From Methanothermobacter marburgensis str. Marburg (GTDB lineage Archaea; Methanobacteriota; Methanobacteria; Methanobacteriales; Methanothermobacteraceae), in the NCBI RefSeq assembly GCF_000145295.1, contig NC_014408.1:1-32000 (forward strand): a stretch of 32,000 bases of DNA, written 5' to 3'. Position 1 is the first letter of the stretch, and each line of letters begins with the position of its first letter. The position numbers and the translations under genes are program-made. The notes under the pieces are model-generated. The model saw only the letters and a program-made list of their open reading frames with translations. It did not search any database and was not told where the DNA came from. Below, piece after piece: positions 1 to 8,711 of the stretch.

Positions 1-5
1 GGAAA

Positions 6-44
6 CCTCAAAAACCTGAAATGATTATCATTCCAGTTTTGAGG
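6..44. repeat. Imperfect inverted repeat upstream of orc1/cdc6 (possible ORB-like origin or operator element)
   Basis: CCTCAAAAACCTGAA lies at 6-20. TTCCAGTTTTGAGG lies at 31-44, and its reverse complement is CCTCAAAACTGGAA. A GGAAAC hexamer sits at 1-6 and TTCCAGT at 31-37; both are half-motifs reminiscent of archaeal ORB/mini-ORB boxes. The element is truncated by the window edge. Confidence 0.3.
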
Positions 45-100
45 ACTTCATAATAAATTCAAGCAGCAGTTTTCTCTAAAGCCTTATTTGAAGTGGTACT

Positions 101-1249
101 ATGAACATTTTTGATGAGATAGGGGACAAAGAATCTGTTTTTAAGGATAAAAAATATCTTGACCACAGGTTTCTACCTGACAGGCTGCCTCACAGGGAGG
201 AACAGATACGTTCAATAGCCAAGTACTGGGTTGAAGCACTGAATGGAGTCACACCACCGGACATCACAATATATGGAAAAACAGGGACAGGGAAAACTGC
301 GGTTGCCAAATTCGCCATGAAACAGCTCAAGGAGGCATCAAGGGACTGTGATGTTAACATAAGGACGGAGTACATCCGCTGCACAGATTACACAACAGAG
401 TACCAGGTCATAGCAAGGCTCTGCCAGCAGCTTGGTCGTGATGTCCCCTACCGTGGCTGGACAAAGGCCGAGATAGTCAACACATTCAGGAACATGTTCA
501 AGAAAAATGCCTTTGGCCAGGACATGATACTCCTTGTTGTCCTTGACGAGATAGACATACTCCTGAGGAATGATGGTGACGGCCTGCTCTACACCCTCAC
601 AAGGACAGATAACGTCTCTATACTATCCATAAGTAACTATGTTGAATTTAAAAAGTTCATAAAACCACGCGTGAGGAGCAGTCTGAGGGACAGGGAGATA
701 ATCTTTCCACCCTACGGCGCCCAGCAACTTGTTGATATACTTGAGGAAAGATCCAGACTGTCCTTTAAGGAGGGTGCACTTGATGACGATGTAATACCCC
801 TCTGCGCAGCACTTGCAGCCAAGGAGGAGGGTGACGCAAGGTATGCCCTTGACCTTCTCAGGACAGCAGGTGAAATTGCAGATGAAAGGGATTCTGATAT
901 GGTTAAGGGGGACTTTGTGAGGGAAGCCAAGGACTACATAGAGCACAACAAAATCACAGACATCATACTGACACTGCCCAGCCAGCAGCAGAGGGTCCTT
1001 GAGGCAATACTCTACCTCACAAAGAGAAAGGAGGAGATAACCTCAGGAAGGCTCTATGAGGTCTACAAGGAGATATCAAAGGGCGATTCAGTTTCATACA
1101 GAAGAATATTTGACTTCATAAATGAACTCGAAATGCTTGGACTCATATCAACCAACACCGTCTCCAGGGGAAGGGGAAAGGGACGCACCAATATCATAGA
1201 CCTCCAGTGCGAAACTTCACTCCTGGAGGACTCACTCTGGGGAGTCTGA
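101..1249 (+). CDS. cdc6: Orc1/Cdc6 origin-recognition / replication initiator AAA+ protein
   Basis: 382-aa ORF with Walker A GKTGTGKT and Walker B VVLDEID. The C-terminus looks like a winged helix ([17 protein letters not shown]...GRGKGRT). Full-length resemblance to archaeal Orc1/Cdc6. Confidence 0.95.
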   Translation: MNIFDEIGDKESVFKDKKYLDHRFLPDRLPHREEQIRSIAKYWVEALNGVTPPDITIYGKTGTGKTAVAKFAMKQLKEASRDCDVNIRTEYIRCTDYTTEYQVIARLCQQLGRDVPYRGWTKAEIVNTFRNMFKKNAFGQDMILLVVLDEIDILLRNDGDGLLYTLTRTDNVSILSISNYVEFKKFIKPRVRSSLRDREIIFPPYGAQQLVDILEERSRLSFKEGALDDDVIPLCAALAAKEEGDARYALDLLRTAGEIADERDSDMVKGDFVREAKDYIEHNKITDIILTLPSQQQRVLEAILYLTKRKEEITSGRLYEVYKEISKGDSVSYRRIFDFINELEMLGLISTNTVSRGRGKGRTNIIDLQCETSLLEDSLWGV

Positions 1250-2158
1250 TCTTTCTCTTATCAGCATCTTAAGAAGAGCCATTCTCACAGGCACACCGTA
1301 GAACGCCTGCCTGAAATACATCGCCTGTGGAAGCGAATCAACCTCAGGGGATATCTCATCTATCCTTGGAAGTGGGTGCATGACGATGAGATCCCTACCG
1401 GCGACCATGTCCCTGTCTATATGATAGGCCCCTCTGATCCTTGAATATTCCTCAGGGTCAGGAAAACGTTCCTTCTGTATTCTTGTAACATAGAGGACAT
1501 CCACATCATCTATAACATCATCTAGCCTCTCGGTCTCTGTAACCTCGACACCACTACCTTCAAGGTCATGTATGACACTGTCGGGCATTCTGAGCTCGGG
1601 GGGCGATACAAAACTCATTTTCACACCGAAAACAGCAAGTGCATAGGCCAGTGAGTGCACTGTCCGGCCATACTTCAGGTCACCCACAAGTGCAACATTG
1701 AGGGATTCTATTTTACCAAAGAACCTCTTCATTGTGTAGAGGTCAAGGAGGGTCTGGGTGGGGTGCTGACCTGCCCCATCACCTGCGTTGATAACAGGGA
1801 CATCCACAATGTCTGAGATGTAACGGGCAGCCCCCTCAAGGTTATGTCTTATAACAATTGCATCGGAGTAGCCTGCAAGCATCATTGCGGTGTCAGTTAG
1901 GCTTTCGCCCTTGGCAGCGGATGTCGCGCCTGTATCTGCAAATCCAACCACACTGCCACCCAGTCTCTTCATTGCAGTTTCAAATGAAAGTCGTGTCCTT
2001 GTTGATGGTTCATAGAACATCATCCCAAGTATCTTTCCTGTAAGAACGCTGGAGGGCCTTTCTCCAGAGGCAACTGGCTCCATATTTTCTGCTTCCCTCA
2101 GAATGAACTCTATATCATCCTTTCCAAAGTCCTTTATTGAGATAACATTTTCAAACAT
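1232..2158 (-). CDS. pyrB: Aspartate carbamoyltransferase catalytic subunit
   Basis: Carries the STRTR, HPTQ and HPLPR signature motifs. The track start at 2161 is TTG. The ATG at 2158 ([11 protein letters not shown]) follows GAGGGAT. The 3' end overlaps cdc6 by 18 nt in convergent orientation. Confidence 0.95.
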   Translation of the reverse strand: MFENVISIKDFGKDDIEFILREAENMEPVASGERPSSVLTGKILGMMFYEPSTRTRLSFETAMKRLGGSVVGFADTGATSAAKGESLTDTAMMLAGYSDAIVIRHNLEGAARYISDIVDVPVINAGDGAGQHPTQTLLDLYTMKRFFGKIESLNVALVGDLKYGRTVHSLAYALAVFGVKMSFVSPPELRMPDSVIHDLEGSGVEVTETERLDDVIDDVDVLYVTRIQKERFPDPEEYSRIRGAYHIDRDMVAGRDLIVMHPLPRIDEISPEVDSLPQAMYFRQAFYGVPVRMALLKMLIRERSDSPE

Positions 2159-2167
2159 CAAATCCCT

Positions 2168-2899
2168 CTAGACCTTTCTCATGAATGTGAGGTATCCTGT
2201 GTGTCCAACCATTCTGGTCCTGGGGCGCGTACCCTGCCTCCTGACCTCAATTTCACGCTCAATTATTTCGGATGTCCTCATATCTGCAAATCCCAGCTTT
2301 GAGCCGACCCTGTGCAGAATTTTTACCTGTTCAATGTATGGGTTGTAGAAAACAGCCCACCCTCCTCTAATAAGGGATTCATGCAGATCCTCCATCAGCT
2401 CCCAGGGCTGGGGAAGATCAAGGAATACCAGGTCAAGGTCATCCTCATCTATACCCTCCTTTATGTCCCTGTTTTTTACCTCAATATTTTTAAATCCAAA
2501 GTCCCTGATGTTCCTTTCTGCAACCTCTGCAAAGTCCTGCCGTATCTCATAGGTTGTAACATGCCCTGATTCACCCACCACATTTGCCAGGTACATTGCA
2601 ACTGTACCCGCACCGGTACCTGCATCAACAACCCTTGAGCCGTTCACTATTCCTGTGTATGCACAGATCATCCCTATGTCCTTGGGAAGGAGTATGGAGC
2701 ACCTCCTCTCCATGAGTTCAAGGTAATCGGAGAGGCTGGGTTTAAGGACATAAACCTCCCTTCCAAGGTGGGTTCTGAGAACATCCCCTGGTCTGGCCTC
2801 CTCTATCATCCGGGACTGGATGATCCCCATGTCAGTCTGAAAGTCCTCCCCTGCCTTCAGGAGGTACTTTTTACCCCTTTCATCCATGATTATACGCAA
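2168..2899 (-). CDS. trmI: tRNA (adenine-N1)-methyltransferase, TrmI/Gcd14 family
   Basis: SAM-binding motif VVDAGTGAGTVA. The N-terminal segment DERGKKYLL..DFQTDMGII matches the archaeal TrmI N-domain as I remember it. TTG start at 2899 follows AGGGTGA, and the Hef stop codon lies inside that RBS. Confidence 0.75.
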   Translation of the reverse strand: MRIIMDERGKKYLLKAGEDFQTDMGIIQSRMIEEARPGDVLRTHLGREVYVLKPSLSDYLELMERRCSILLPKDIGMICAYTGIVNGSRVVDAGTGAGTVAMYLANVVGESGHVTTYEIRQDFAEVAERNIRDFGFKNIEVKNRDIKEGIDEDDLDLVFLDLPQPWELMEDLHESLIRGGWAVFYNPYIEQVKILHRVGSKLGFADMRTSEIIEREIEVRRQGTRPRTRMVGHTGYLTFMRKV

Positions 2900-2903
2900 T
2901 TGA

Positions 2904-5114
2904 TCACCCTCTCATTTTTTCTGAATCCCTGAATTCTGCTTCAATAACCTTTCTGATCTCGGATGCTATCCTTTTACCGATTCCCTCCACTTCCATGAGC
3001 TCCTTCTCTGATGCGTTCATAACAGCTTCAACAGAACCGAAACTTTCAAGGAGCCTTCTGGCATACTTGGATCCAATGTAAGGAAGTGATTCCACAATGA
3101 AGAGCTGCTTTTCCTGGAGGGTGAGGGGTTTCTTGTCTGTCCTGATACGCATGTCAGGTTTTCCCTCCCTCTGTTCCCTAAGGGCTATCCTCCTTATCAT
3201 TGCAGCCGTATCTGCAGGGGACCTTGTGGGGATTATGGGTATTCCAAAGTCCACCGCAACTGATGCAAGGGCACCCCTCACAGCATCGGGGTTCATGAAG
3301 CCCGAGTAGAGGTCCTCACCCTCTATTATCATCACAGGGTGCTTGAAGTTTTCCACCATATTCCTGGCCTGCCGGTAAAGTCTCTTATCCATAATTGACC
3401 CCAGGAAATCCTGGGTGGTTTTTCTTTCAATCACAGTGTCATCGCTGACCTGATAATCACCCACAGAGAGTGTTCTGAGTTCAAAGTCCACCCCCATCTT
3501 CCTGAGCTCCCGGAGAACCCTTGAGTTAACCTCACGTGAATCCACGTAGATGAATGGTCTTTCACCGTCAGTTTCAGGAAACCCAAGGGGCGTCAGTTCA
3601 ATTTTCATGGAACCCCCCCTGAGGCTTTCCTTCATGGTTTTTTCCTTCCTGATACTTGAGTAATAGTAGGCCTCGTCCCGTGTCTTTTCTGTCATGAGGA
3701 CCACCATTCTTCCTGATCTTCTTCTTCCTGTCCTTCCCCTCCTCTGTATCATCCTTATCTCTGATGGGACAGGCTCGTACATGACCACAAGGTCAACTGA
3801 GGGTATATCTATTCCCTCCTCTGCCACACTGGTTGATATGAGAACATCGTGGTTTCCCATCCTGAATGACTTGATTATATCCCGTTGCTGTTTCTGGGTG
3901 AGGCCCTTTTCACCGCTTCTACTGTTCTGCCCATAAAATTTAACGGCGTTTATCCCCTCACGTACACAGCGCTGGTATATTTCCTCAAGGGTGTCACGGA
4001 ACTGGGTGAAAACTATTATTCTTGAGTCTCCCCCTTCAAGTTCCTTTCTGAGTATTTCAATGAGCCTGTCAAGTTTTGGGTGTTCAACCCCTGAAACAGA
4101 GGCCTTTCGGGTGAGGTACATGGCCCTTGTGAAGTCAGGGTCCATAATGAGGCTTCTGGCAGCCTTTGTGTTCTTCTTTTTAAGTCGGGTGAAGTATTTG
4201 TGAAGTGGATGGATCCCCTGGGTTTCAAGGAGTTCAAGGGCGTGCTCAACATTTATTGAGGCTGCTATGAGTGATATGGCCCTGTAACATGATTTTGGCG
4301 GATTTGATGAGCGCGCGATCCTGTTCTGAACACGGCCCCTGGCCTTCAGGAGGTCCCTTTTACCCACACTCACAGTCTCTATAACTCCAAGGTTCTTGAG
4401 CATCTTCAGTCGCGTCTTTAAAACCTTCTTCAGGAGGTCCCTTATCTCCTCAAGTTCAGGCTTCATCTTAACCCTGACCCATTCTATCCTGATGGGCTTG
4501 AGGTAGGGCCTGACGTCCGGGTCCTTTTCTGTCTTCACAACCACCTCGTTGAGGAAGAGGTTACTGCAGACGGTTTTTATTTTGTCCTCATCTGCACCGG
4601 GGGAGGCTGTCAATCCAAGTATAAGGGGATTTTTCGCGGTCTGCATGTAACTGGATGCAAGGAAGACATAGGAGTATGAACCAACGGCACGGTGGCACTC
4701 ATCGAATACAAGGAGTGAAACGTCGCCTAGGTCGTACCTCCCGGTCAGGATGTCTGATTCTATTGTCTGGGGTGTTGCAGATATGACTCTGGACTCATCC
4801 CAGCGCCTCACCCTTTCCTCAGGGTTTATACTCCCTGTGAGTGAGGTGCATGGTGCGAGGAGGAAGTCCCTGAAGCTCTCCTCATGCTGTATGGCCAGCG
4901 GTTTGCTGGGTGATAAAATGAGCACCCTGGACCCCCTGTATTTCTGCAGTCTCTCTGCAGCCACCAGAACGGCAACAATGGTTTTTCCAAGGGCCGTGGG
5001 AGCCACTATCATTGAGTTGCCCTTCCTTAGGACGTCTGCTGCCAGTAACTGCTGGTAGGTCCTTGCCTCGACTGTCCCTGGTTTTATCAGTGGGTGCTCT
5101 ATGTACCTTGCCAT
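2904..5114 (-). CDS. hef: Hef (helicase-associated endonuclease for forked DNA; FANCM/XPF-family) helicase-nuclease
   Basis: SF2 helicase motifs are present: I APTALGKT, II DECH and VI QRRGRTGR. The C-terminus has the ERCC4/XPF nuclease signature GDY...ERK..DF followed by a tandem helix-hairpin-helix (GIGKRIASEI). Confidence 0.9.
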   Translation of the reverse strand: MARYIEHPLIKPGTVEARTYQQLLAADVLRKGNSMIVAPTALGKTIVAVLVAAERLQKYRGSRVLILSPSKPLAIQHEESFRDFLLAPCTSLTGSINPEERVRRWDESRVISATPQTIESDILTGRYDLGDVSLLVFDECHRAVGSYSYVFLASSYMQTAKNPLILGLTASPGADEDKIKTVCSNLFLNEVVVKTEKDPDVRPYLKPIRIEWVRVKMKPELEEIRDLLKKVLKTRLKMLKNLGVIETVSVGKRDLLKARGRVQNRIARSSNPPKSCYRAISLIAASINVEHALELLETQGIHPLHKYFTRLKKKNTKAARSLIMDPDFTRAMYLTRKASVSGVEHPKLDRLIEILRKELEGGDSRIIVFTQFRDTLEEIYQRCVREGINAVKFYGQNSRSGEKGLTQKQQRDIIKSFRMGNHDVLISTSVAEEGIDIPSVDLVVMYEPVPSEIRMIQRRGRTGRRRSGRMVVLMTEKTRDEAYYYSSIRKEKTMKESLRGGSMKIELTPLGFPETDGERPFIYVDSREVNSRVLRELRKMGVDFELRTLSVGDYQVSDDTVIERKTTQDFLGSIMDKRLYRQARNMVENFKHPVMIIEGEDLYSGFMNPDAVRGALASVAVDFGIPIIPTRSPADTAAMIRRIALREQREGKPDMRIRTDKKPLTLQEKQLFIVESLPYIGSKYARRLLESFGSVEAVMNASEKELMEVEGIGKRIASEIRKVIEAEFRDSEKMRG

Positions 5115-5259
5115 GGTCTTCTATCTGGTGATCAATTTATTTAATGATTTAATCATGGCATCCGCTGTTAATGCATATGCTGGAGCGAGATGTAAAAGTA
5201 GAATTAAATTTCCGGTACCCACATGGGGAAATAAAAAATAGAAATTAGGAGACTTAAAG

Positions 5260-5580
5260 TTATGCAAGGACCGATGCAGCTGCAAGCACCGCCGCTGTGG
5301 TCATGGTGCTGAGATGGCATGCGTATAGGGGAGCGGTCTGGAAGTTATCCCTGAGTACCGGGAAAAACTGGGTGTAGGCTGATATACCCGCCAGGATCTG
5401 GAGGGCCACAGCAAGATACATTAGATTCCCACCACCCATCACAAGGTTCAGTCCTGTTGCAATGAGCGCAAGGATGAGGACCCCAAAGTGGGGTGCCATC
5501 CTCATCCCCATTATACGGAATGTTATGAAACCTGAGGGGATCCCTGCAAGTAGCAGAGCAAACACAATAACCTGATACAT
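5260..5580 (-). CDS. Small integral membrane protein (3-4 predicted TM helices), function unknown
   Basis: 106-aa hydrophobic ORF. AGGTGA lies 5 nt upstream of the ATG, and the gene starts only 10 nt after the TusA-DsrE gene, so co-transcription is likely. Confidence 0.6.
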   Translation of the reverse strand: MYQVIVFALLLAGIPSGFITFRIMGMRMAPHFGVLILALIATGLNLVMGGGNLMYLAVALQILAGISAYTQFFPVLRDNFQTAPLYACHLSTMTTAAVLAAASVLA

Positions 5581-5590
5581 CCTATCACCT

Positions 5591-6400
5591 CTAGAAGTTC
5601 ACTACGGCGTACCTGGGGTCGCTCAGGAGTGTTATGAATGTAGCAGCCCCGGCGATTTTACATCCTTCTGTTATTTTATCTTCTGTGAGCCCCCTGAACT
5701 GAGCGCTCATCTCGCAGACATAAACTTTAGCACCCATTTCAATTACCTCCTCCATGAGTTCATTGAGGGTCGGGAAGGCCGGGTGTTTAACCTTTGCTGC
5801 CGCGCCCCTCCTGGCAAGGCTCACACCATCCATCAGAAGGAACACAGTGACGTCCTTACCCATGCTCAGGGCAGCCTTTGAGAATATAAATGTGGCATAG
5901 GCCCTCTCCGCATTACCTGTTCCATTGCTCTGAACAACCAGGACCCTGTCCCTTCCTGTGAATTCCTTTTTCTCAGTTTTTTCTATTTTTTCAAGTATAA
6001 GGTGGGTTTTTGATTTTTCTATCACCCTGGCGTTCATTTCAGGGGCTGAAACCGCAAGGTCATCGATAACGTCCTGACTTTCGGACTTTATTTTTATTCT
6101 CATCCCCTGTTTCATTGATGATAGTTTTTCGCCCACGATTATAAGGGGTCCAGGACAGGTTTCACCGGTGACGTCCACCTCTTCAATCTCTCCACGTGAA
6201 ATATCAACCACCACACCATCAGGTCCTTTTTTAGCAGAATAATTCATTCCGTAACTGGCTGCAACCTTTTGAATCTCTTCATAGTTCTCCCTGAGTATTA
6301 ACTGGATGTTTTCCTGGCCATTCTTCAGGATGTTGTCTGTGATTATGGCTGCAGCGTACCTGTTTATTCCTCTGAGGTTGATCCTCATGGTTACCCCCAT
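5591..6400 (-). CDS. TusA(SirA)-like / DsrE-like fusion protein (putative sulfur-carrier / sulfurtransferase)
   Basis: The central region has the TusA signature TGETCPGPLI with a conserved Cys. The C-terminal half resembles DsrE/DsrF-like proteins (RVLVVQSNGTGNAERAY...VFLLMDGV...VYVCEMS). The roughly 70-aa N-terminus is unassigned. An alternative ATG at 6388 would remove the 10-nt overlap with the upstream gene. Confidence 0.7.
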   Translation of the reverse strand: MGVTMRINLRGINRYAAAIITDNILKNGQENIQLILRENYEEIQKVAASYGMNYSAKKGPDGVVVDISRGEIEEVDVTGETCPGPLIIVGEKLSSMKQGMRIKIKSESQDVIDDLAVSAPEMNARVIEKSKTHLILEKIEKTEKKEFTGRDRVLVVQSNGTGNAERAYATFIFSKAALSMGKDVTVFLLMDGVSLARRGAAAKVKHPAFPTLNELMEEVIEMGAKVYVCEMSAQFRGLTEDKITEGCKIAGAATFITLLSDPRYAVVNF

Positions 6401-7062
6401 TTCTCCCTGAATTTTCTGAGGGCATCCACTATTCCCTCAAGTTCCTCTGCAGGGACTCCAACTGCGAGTTCCTCTGGCTTTATTCCAGCATATTTTCTTG
6501 ACCCGTTGCATCCCATTGTAATGTTTGGAAGGCCTCTCTGGATGACCGCAGCAACTGCATCTGCGCAGAGTGACTGTATACCTGAGTAGTCCCCTGTGAT
6601 TCTGCCACCCCTCTCGTGGAGGTATGCCTGGCTCAGTCTCAGTGCCTGGGCAGGTTTGAGTATCAGCACAACCACGTCGGGTTCAAAGTCAGCATCCTCA
6701 AGTGGAGCGTACTCTGAGGCATAATATTCTTCATCTAGCATTGGCACAGCCTTCACGGTTTCATGGGCCGCTTCAGGGGTGCTGTAGTTTCCGAGTTTGT
6801 GGTACATGCTCCCATCTGCAACAGGTGCTGGAAGGCTGCAGAGGCCCATGGCGGCGGCGCCACCCTTACAGAGGTGTTCCTCTGCTGTTGCATGGCCCTT
6901 TAGCCCATTTAATCTGGCCTCCTGTATGAATTCGCAGTGCCTCCTTTTTTCAAGTCGGGGACCTGATGTTTCTTCCTCCGCCTTAACAAGTTTGACAGCC
7001 ACGGGGCTGCCCTCCATCTGCAGGAGTTCCCTGAGTTCACCTGCAATCTTACGGTAATCCAT
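6391..7062 (-). CDS. DUF169-family protein (COG2043-like), function unknown
   Basis: 223 aa. The N-terminal PVAVKLVK segment and the C-terminal GCNGSRKY..ELAVGVP segment match my recollection of DUF169. GAGGTGG RBS lies upstream of the ATG at 7062. Confidence 0.6.
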   Translation of the reverse strand: MDYRKIAGELRELLQMEGSPVAVKLVKAEEETSGPRLEKRRHCEFIQEARLNGLKGHATAEEHLCKGGAAAMGLCSLPAPVADGSMYHKLGNYSTPEAAHETVKAVPMLDEEYYASEYAPLEDADFEPDVVVLILKPAQALRLSQAYLHERGGRITGDYSGIQSLCADAVAAVIQRGLPNITMGCNGSRKYAGIKPEELAVGVPAEELEGIVDALRKFREKWG

Positions 7063-7176
7063 ACAACCACCTCAACATTATAGTATAACTATACAATAAA
7101 GTATAAAAAACTCATATTTAAATATTTCTATAAAATTATAATTCATGGTTATACCATAGGTAAATGGGGTGAGGTC
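7063..7176. promoter_or_regulatory. AT-rich divergent promoter region with palindrome TATAGT-n3-ACTATA
   Basis: 114-bp intergenic region between divergent genes. TATA-like runs occur at about 7101-7110 (TTTTTTATAC on the minus strand) and about 7129-7136 (TATAAAAT on the plus strand). The palindrome sits at 7079-7093. Confidence 0.45.
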
Positions 7177-8685
7177 GTGGAGAACCTTTCTGAAACCGAG
7201 AAGCTGATAATGTCCTACCTTGAATCGAACCCGCCAGAGGAGTGCATGCTGGATAAGATAACCAGGGGAATAAACCGCAGCAGGGCCACCGTACTCAAAT
7301 ACCTCCACATCCTGGAGGCAAGGGGCCTTGTGACCTACAGGATGGTGGGCAGAAGTAAACTATGGATGCCAACAAGGGATGCAGATGTTAAGACAGTGGA
7401 GTACCGGGACGACACCTCAAGGAACCCGGAGATCATAAAGAATGCCTCGGAGATTCACCAGACACTTCTCAGGCTCCTGGAACTTGAAAGAAAAATAGAT
7501 GACCCGGATAAACTGGTTTTCACAGTGAACACACTCCTTGACATAGTTGTCGCCAATGAATCATTCAGGAGAATGTTCCCTGGCGCCAGAAGCCTTGAGG
7601 ATATCATGGACAGGGAAAGTATAATACTTCTTGAAAGCAGAATGCATGCTCCTGGTAAAATACAGGCGGATCTCAGGGGAAGAGATGGTATAAGGAGAAC
7701 CTACAGCCTCTTTATAAGCCCTGTAAATAACTTCTGGGTGATTATCGCAAAGGATATGGCAAGCTCATCATTCTCAAAGAATGAACTTGAAGTCCTCCTC
7801 ACAATCACAAGGCTCAGGACATCATCCGATAGCCTGGAGGACTTTCTTGGGTCTGCAAGGGAGGAACTGGCAGGAGTTCTGGATATCAAACAGATATCAG
7901 TGGTCCTGAGAGACGCATCAGGTTTAAACCGGGTCTATGACCACCCATCAGCAATTAAACTTGAAGAATTTGATTATTTCATATACAGAAGCATCGAAAC
8001 ACTTGAAACTGTCTCATGGAGCTCGAATAAGGGCCTCATGTTATCGGTTCCCCTCATAACAGATGAAAGGGCAAGGGGGGCCATGATACTTGAGGTACCC
8101 GATGACTCCATATCATCCAGGGCACTTGAAATCGTGGAAATGTTTGCCGATGAGGTCTCAGAGTACATTGAACTTGAGAGGCTCAGAAGGGAGAACGAGG
8201 AATTTATAAGAACACTCCTTGCAATGAACAGGGTTTCTGAGATTATAAACAGCGATGAGGAAGAGAACAGGATACTTGAGAAATCAATTGAAGCGGTTAT
8301 AGATACCCTTGAATTTGAAATGGGATGCATCTACCTCATGGAAGAGGAAATGGAACTCAAACTCAGGGTCCAGAAGAACCTGCCCGAGACCCTCAGCCGT
8401 ATGTGCATGGCCGGGGTATTCACGGACCTCTTCAGCAGATCAATTGAGGATGAGCGGGTAATATATATAACCGCTGAATCCCCCGAATACCGCATGATAC
8501 ACGATTCAATACGTAAAAATAATATAAGAACTATTTTAATGATTCCAATCAGGTTTTCAGGGGAAATAATCGGGATACTGAACCTTGCAAGTTACAGTGT
8601 GAAGCCCTATAACAGGATAAGCCTTGAAAATATCTCATCCATTGGGCTTCAGCTTGGAAGTGCCATCAGAAAAATAAAGGGTTAG
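7177..8685 (+). CDS. Transcriptional regulator: N-terminal winged HTH, PAS-like segment and two GAF-like domains
   Basis: The N-terminus (EKLIMSYLESNP...ITRGINRSRATVLKYLHILEARGLVTY) is a typical archaeal wHTH. Residues from about 210 to 500 show two GAF-like repeats. GTG start follows GGGGTGAGG. Confidence 0.7.
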   Translation: MENLSETEKLIMSYLESNPPEECMLDKITRGINRSRATVLKYLHILEARGLVTYRMVGRSKLWMPTRDADVKTVEYRDDTSRNPEIIKNASEIHQTLLRLLELERKIDDPDKLVFTVNTLLDIVVANESFRRMFPGARSLEDIMDRESIILLESRMHAPGKIQADLRGRDGIRRTYSLFISPVNNFWVIIAKDMASSSFSKNELEVLLTITRLRTSSDSLEDFLGSAREELAGVLDIKQISVVLRDASGLNRVYDHPSAIKLEEFDYFIYRSIETLETVSWSSNKGLMLSVPLITDERARGAMILEVPDDSISSRALEIVEMFADEVSEYIELERLRRENEEFIRTLLAMNRVSEIINSDEEENRILEKSIEAVIDTLEFEMGCIYLMEEEMELKLRVQKNLPETLSRMCMAGVFTDLFSRSIEDERVIYITAESPEYRMIHDSIRKNNIRTILMIPIRFSGEIIGILNLASYSVKPYNRISLENISSIGLQLGSAIRKIKG

Positions 8686-8711
8686 AGTGCCGGGCAGTTA
8701 TTCCAGGCAGT

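Noticed and set aside
1232-2158. pyrB lacks an adjacent pyrI regulatory-subunit gene.
   Set aside because: From memory, separated pyrB and pyrI genes are known in other methanogens such as Methanocaldococcus. This is not anomalous without whole-genome context.
5155-5241. 28-aa basic ORF (MASAVNAYAGARCKSRIKFPVPTWGNKK) in the Hef upstream spacer.
   Set aside because: It has no Shine-Dalgarno-like sequence, lies within the presumed Hef promoter region, and is too short to evaluate without conservation data.
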